DNA from: Ramazzottius varieornatus
Lineage: Eukaryota; Animalia; Tardigrada
Assembly (NCBI GenBank): GCA_001949185.1
Contig: BDGG01000001.1
Span: 3,737,324 to 3,801,323, forward strand
DNA length: 64,000 nt
Direction: 5' to 3'
Position numbers and translations under genes: made by a program. Below, piece after piece: positions 63,259-64,000 of the stretch; position 1 is the first letter of the stretch; each line of letters opens with the position of its first letter. Under the pieces are notes generated by a model. It ran no database searches. It was not told the origin of the DNA and worked only from the letters and a program-made list of their open reading frames with translations.

Positions 63259-64000
63259 CTATTGTACGTGCTCGTTATCGTGAATGACAGTGCAAATTGT
63301 GTCAAAGCGAAAACTGCGATAATCTGTAATATTGATAGCTGGCTGGGTGCTTGATTGAATGAGATTGGTTGCACCTTCGTGACAGTATCGAACTTGGGAG
63401 CAGGATTCACGAAGAGGAACCCCGAAGTCGGAATCCGGAAGACGTCCGGGTCTTGCCAATTCAACCGTCAAAGGGTGGCCGTTTCGCTTCTCTGAATTCT
63501 TAGGGCTCGCTTTGTTACAATTAACACACACGCCTACAGCCATCATGTTGCTTGCAATATAGTACGCTTATAAATCTCTTTCAGGAGAATGGTCTGGGAC
63601 CGGGACACCGAACGGTCCCCGACGCCAGTAATAAGACCATGGTTAGACCGCTCCCTAGCCCTCGCCAGGTGTGATGTCGGTCTGTCGGGCTCTTTCCTCA
63701 GATTGTGCTGCTGCGGTGTACAAGACAATTGGACTAATCACCGAAAACTTGGAGGCTGGAGCATGCCATAGTGTTATTTCAGTCCGGAATTCTGATTTTG
63801 CGGCGTTCTGGGGACGTCGTCAGGGCACGTCGTCAGGGCACGTCGTCAGGGTAAATGGCCAGGGTAGGTACGTGTTTATAGATATCGTCTCCGTAAACCA
63901 AATAAACCGCTGCGGATTGCAGGATTTTTTGCACTGGACGAGCTTCTTGATGCATTTCCGGACATTGCGTAGCCGGAAATGATAGATGAACGGGTCAAGC
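63259..64000 (-). CDS. 3' end of a rhodopsin-class GPCR (partial, runs off window; final exons uncertain)
   Basis: The minus strand at the window edge reads LDPFIYHFRLRNVRKCIKKLVQC: DPxxY TM7 motif, helix 8 and a Cys. Confidence 0.7.
63814..63850. repeat. 13-bp tandem repeat, about 3 copies (acgtcgtcagggc)
   Basis: Directly visible. Confidence 0.9.

Noticed and set aside
1-64000. Prokaryotic defence system, operon or CRISPR array
   Set aside because: Genes are spliceosomal and metazoan. No regularly spaced direct repeats with unique spacers.

Overview
Compact, intron-rich animal genomic DNA with many GT-AG introns of about 50-100 nt and moderate GC. A tardigrade-like ecdysozoan is my inference from gene content and intron style; it is not proven. 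It is not prokaryotic, and I found no CRISPR array, rRNA or tRNA. Gene models were reconstructed by hand from splice signals. 0-21 kb: F-box gene, EF-hand SCP/calexcitin-like gene, a small secreted glycine-zipper prepropeptide missed by the ORF track, RNF145/TRC8-like multipass RING-H2 ligase, a 5'-truncated F-box-family paralog, a decayed multi-exon hAT transposase, an ARM-like gene, a TSP1 fragment and ZC4H2. 21-27 kb: a nest of DNA transposons (nested MITEs, a foldback element, a Tc4/Tc5-type element with TNA target duplication, a hAT deletion derivative). 27-50 kb: a Beaten-path-like 2-Ig gene with alternative C-termini, head-to-head with a Sidestep-like 5-Ig+FN3 gene. 51-64 kb: secreted intradiol ring-cleavage dioxygenase, SLC34 Na/Pi cotransporter, PA-domain PNGase F-like enzyme, GH18 chitinase with three hevein-like modules, UFD1, and the 3' end of a class A GPCR. 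Most interesting: the linked Beat/Side receptor-ligand pair, the bacteriocin-like secreted peptide, and the secreted dioxygenase.
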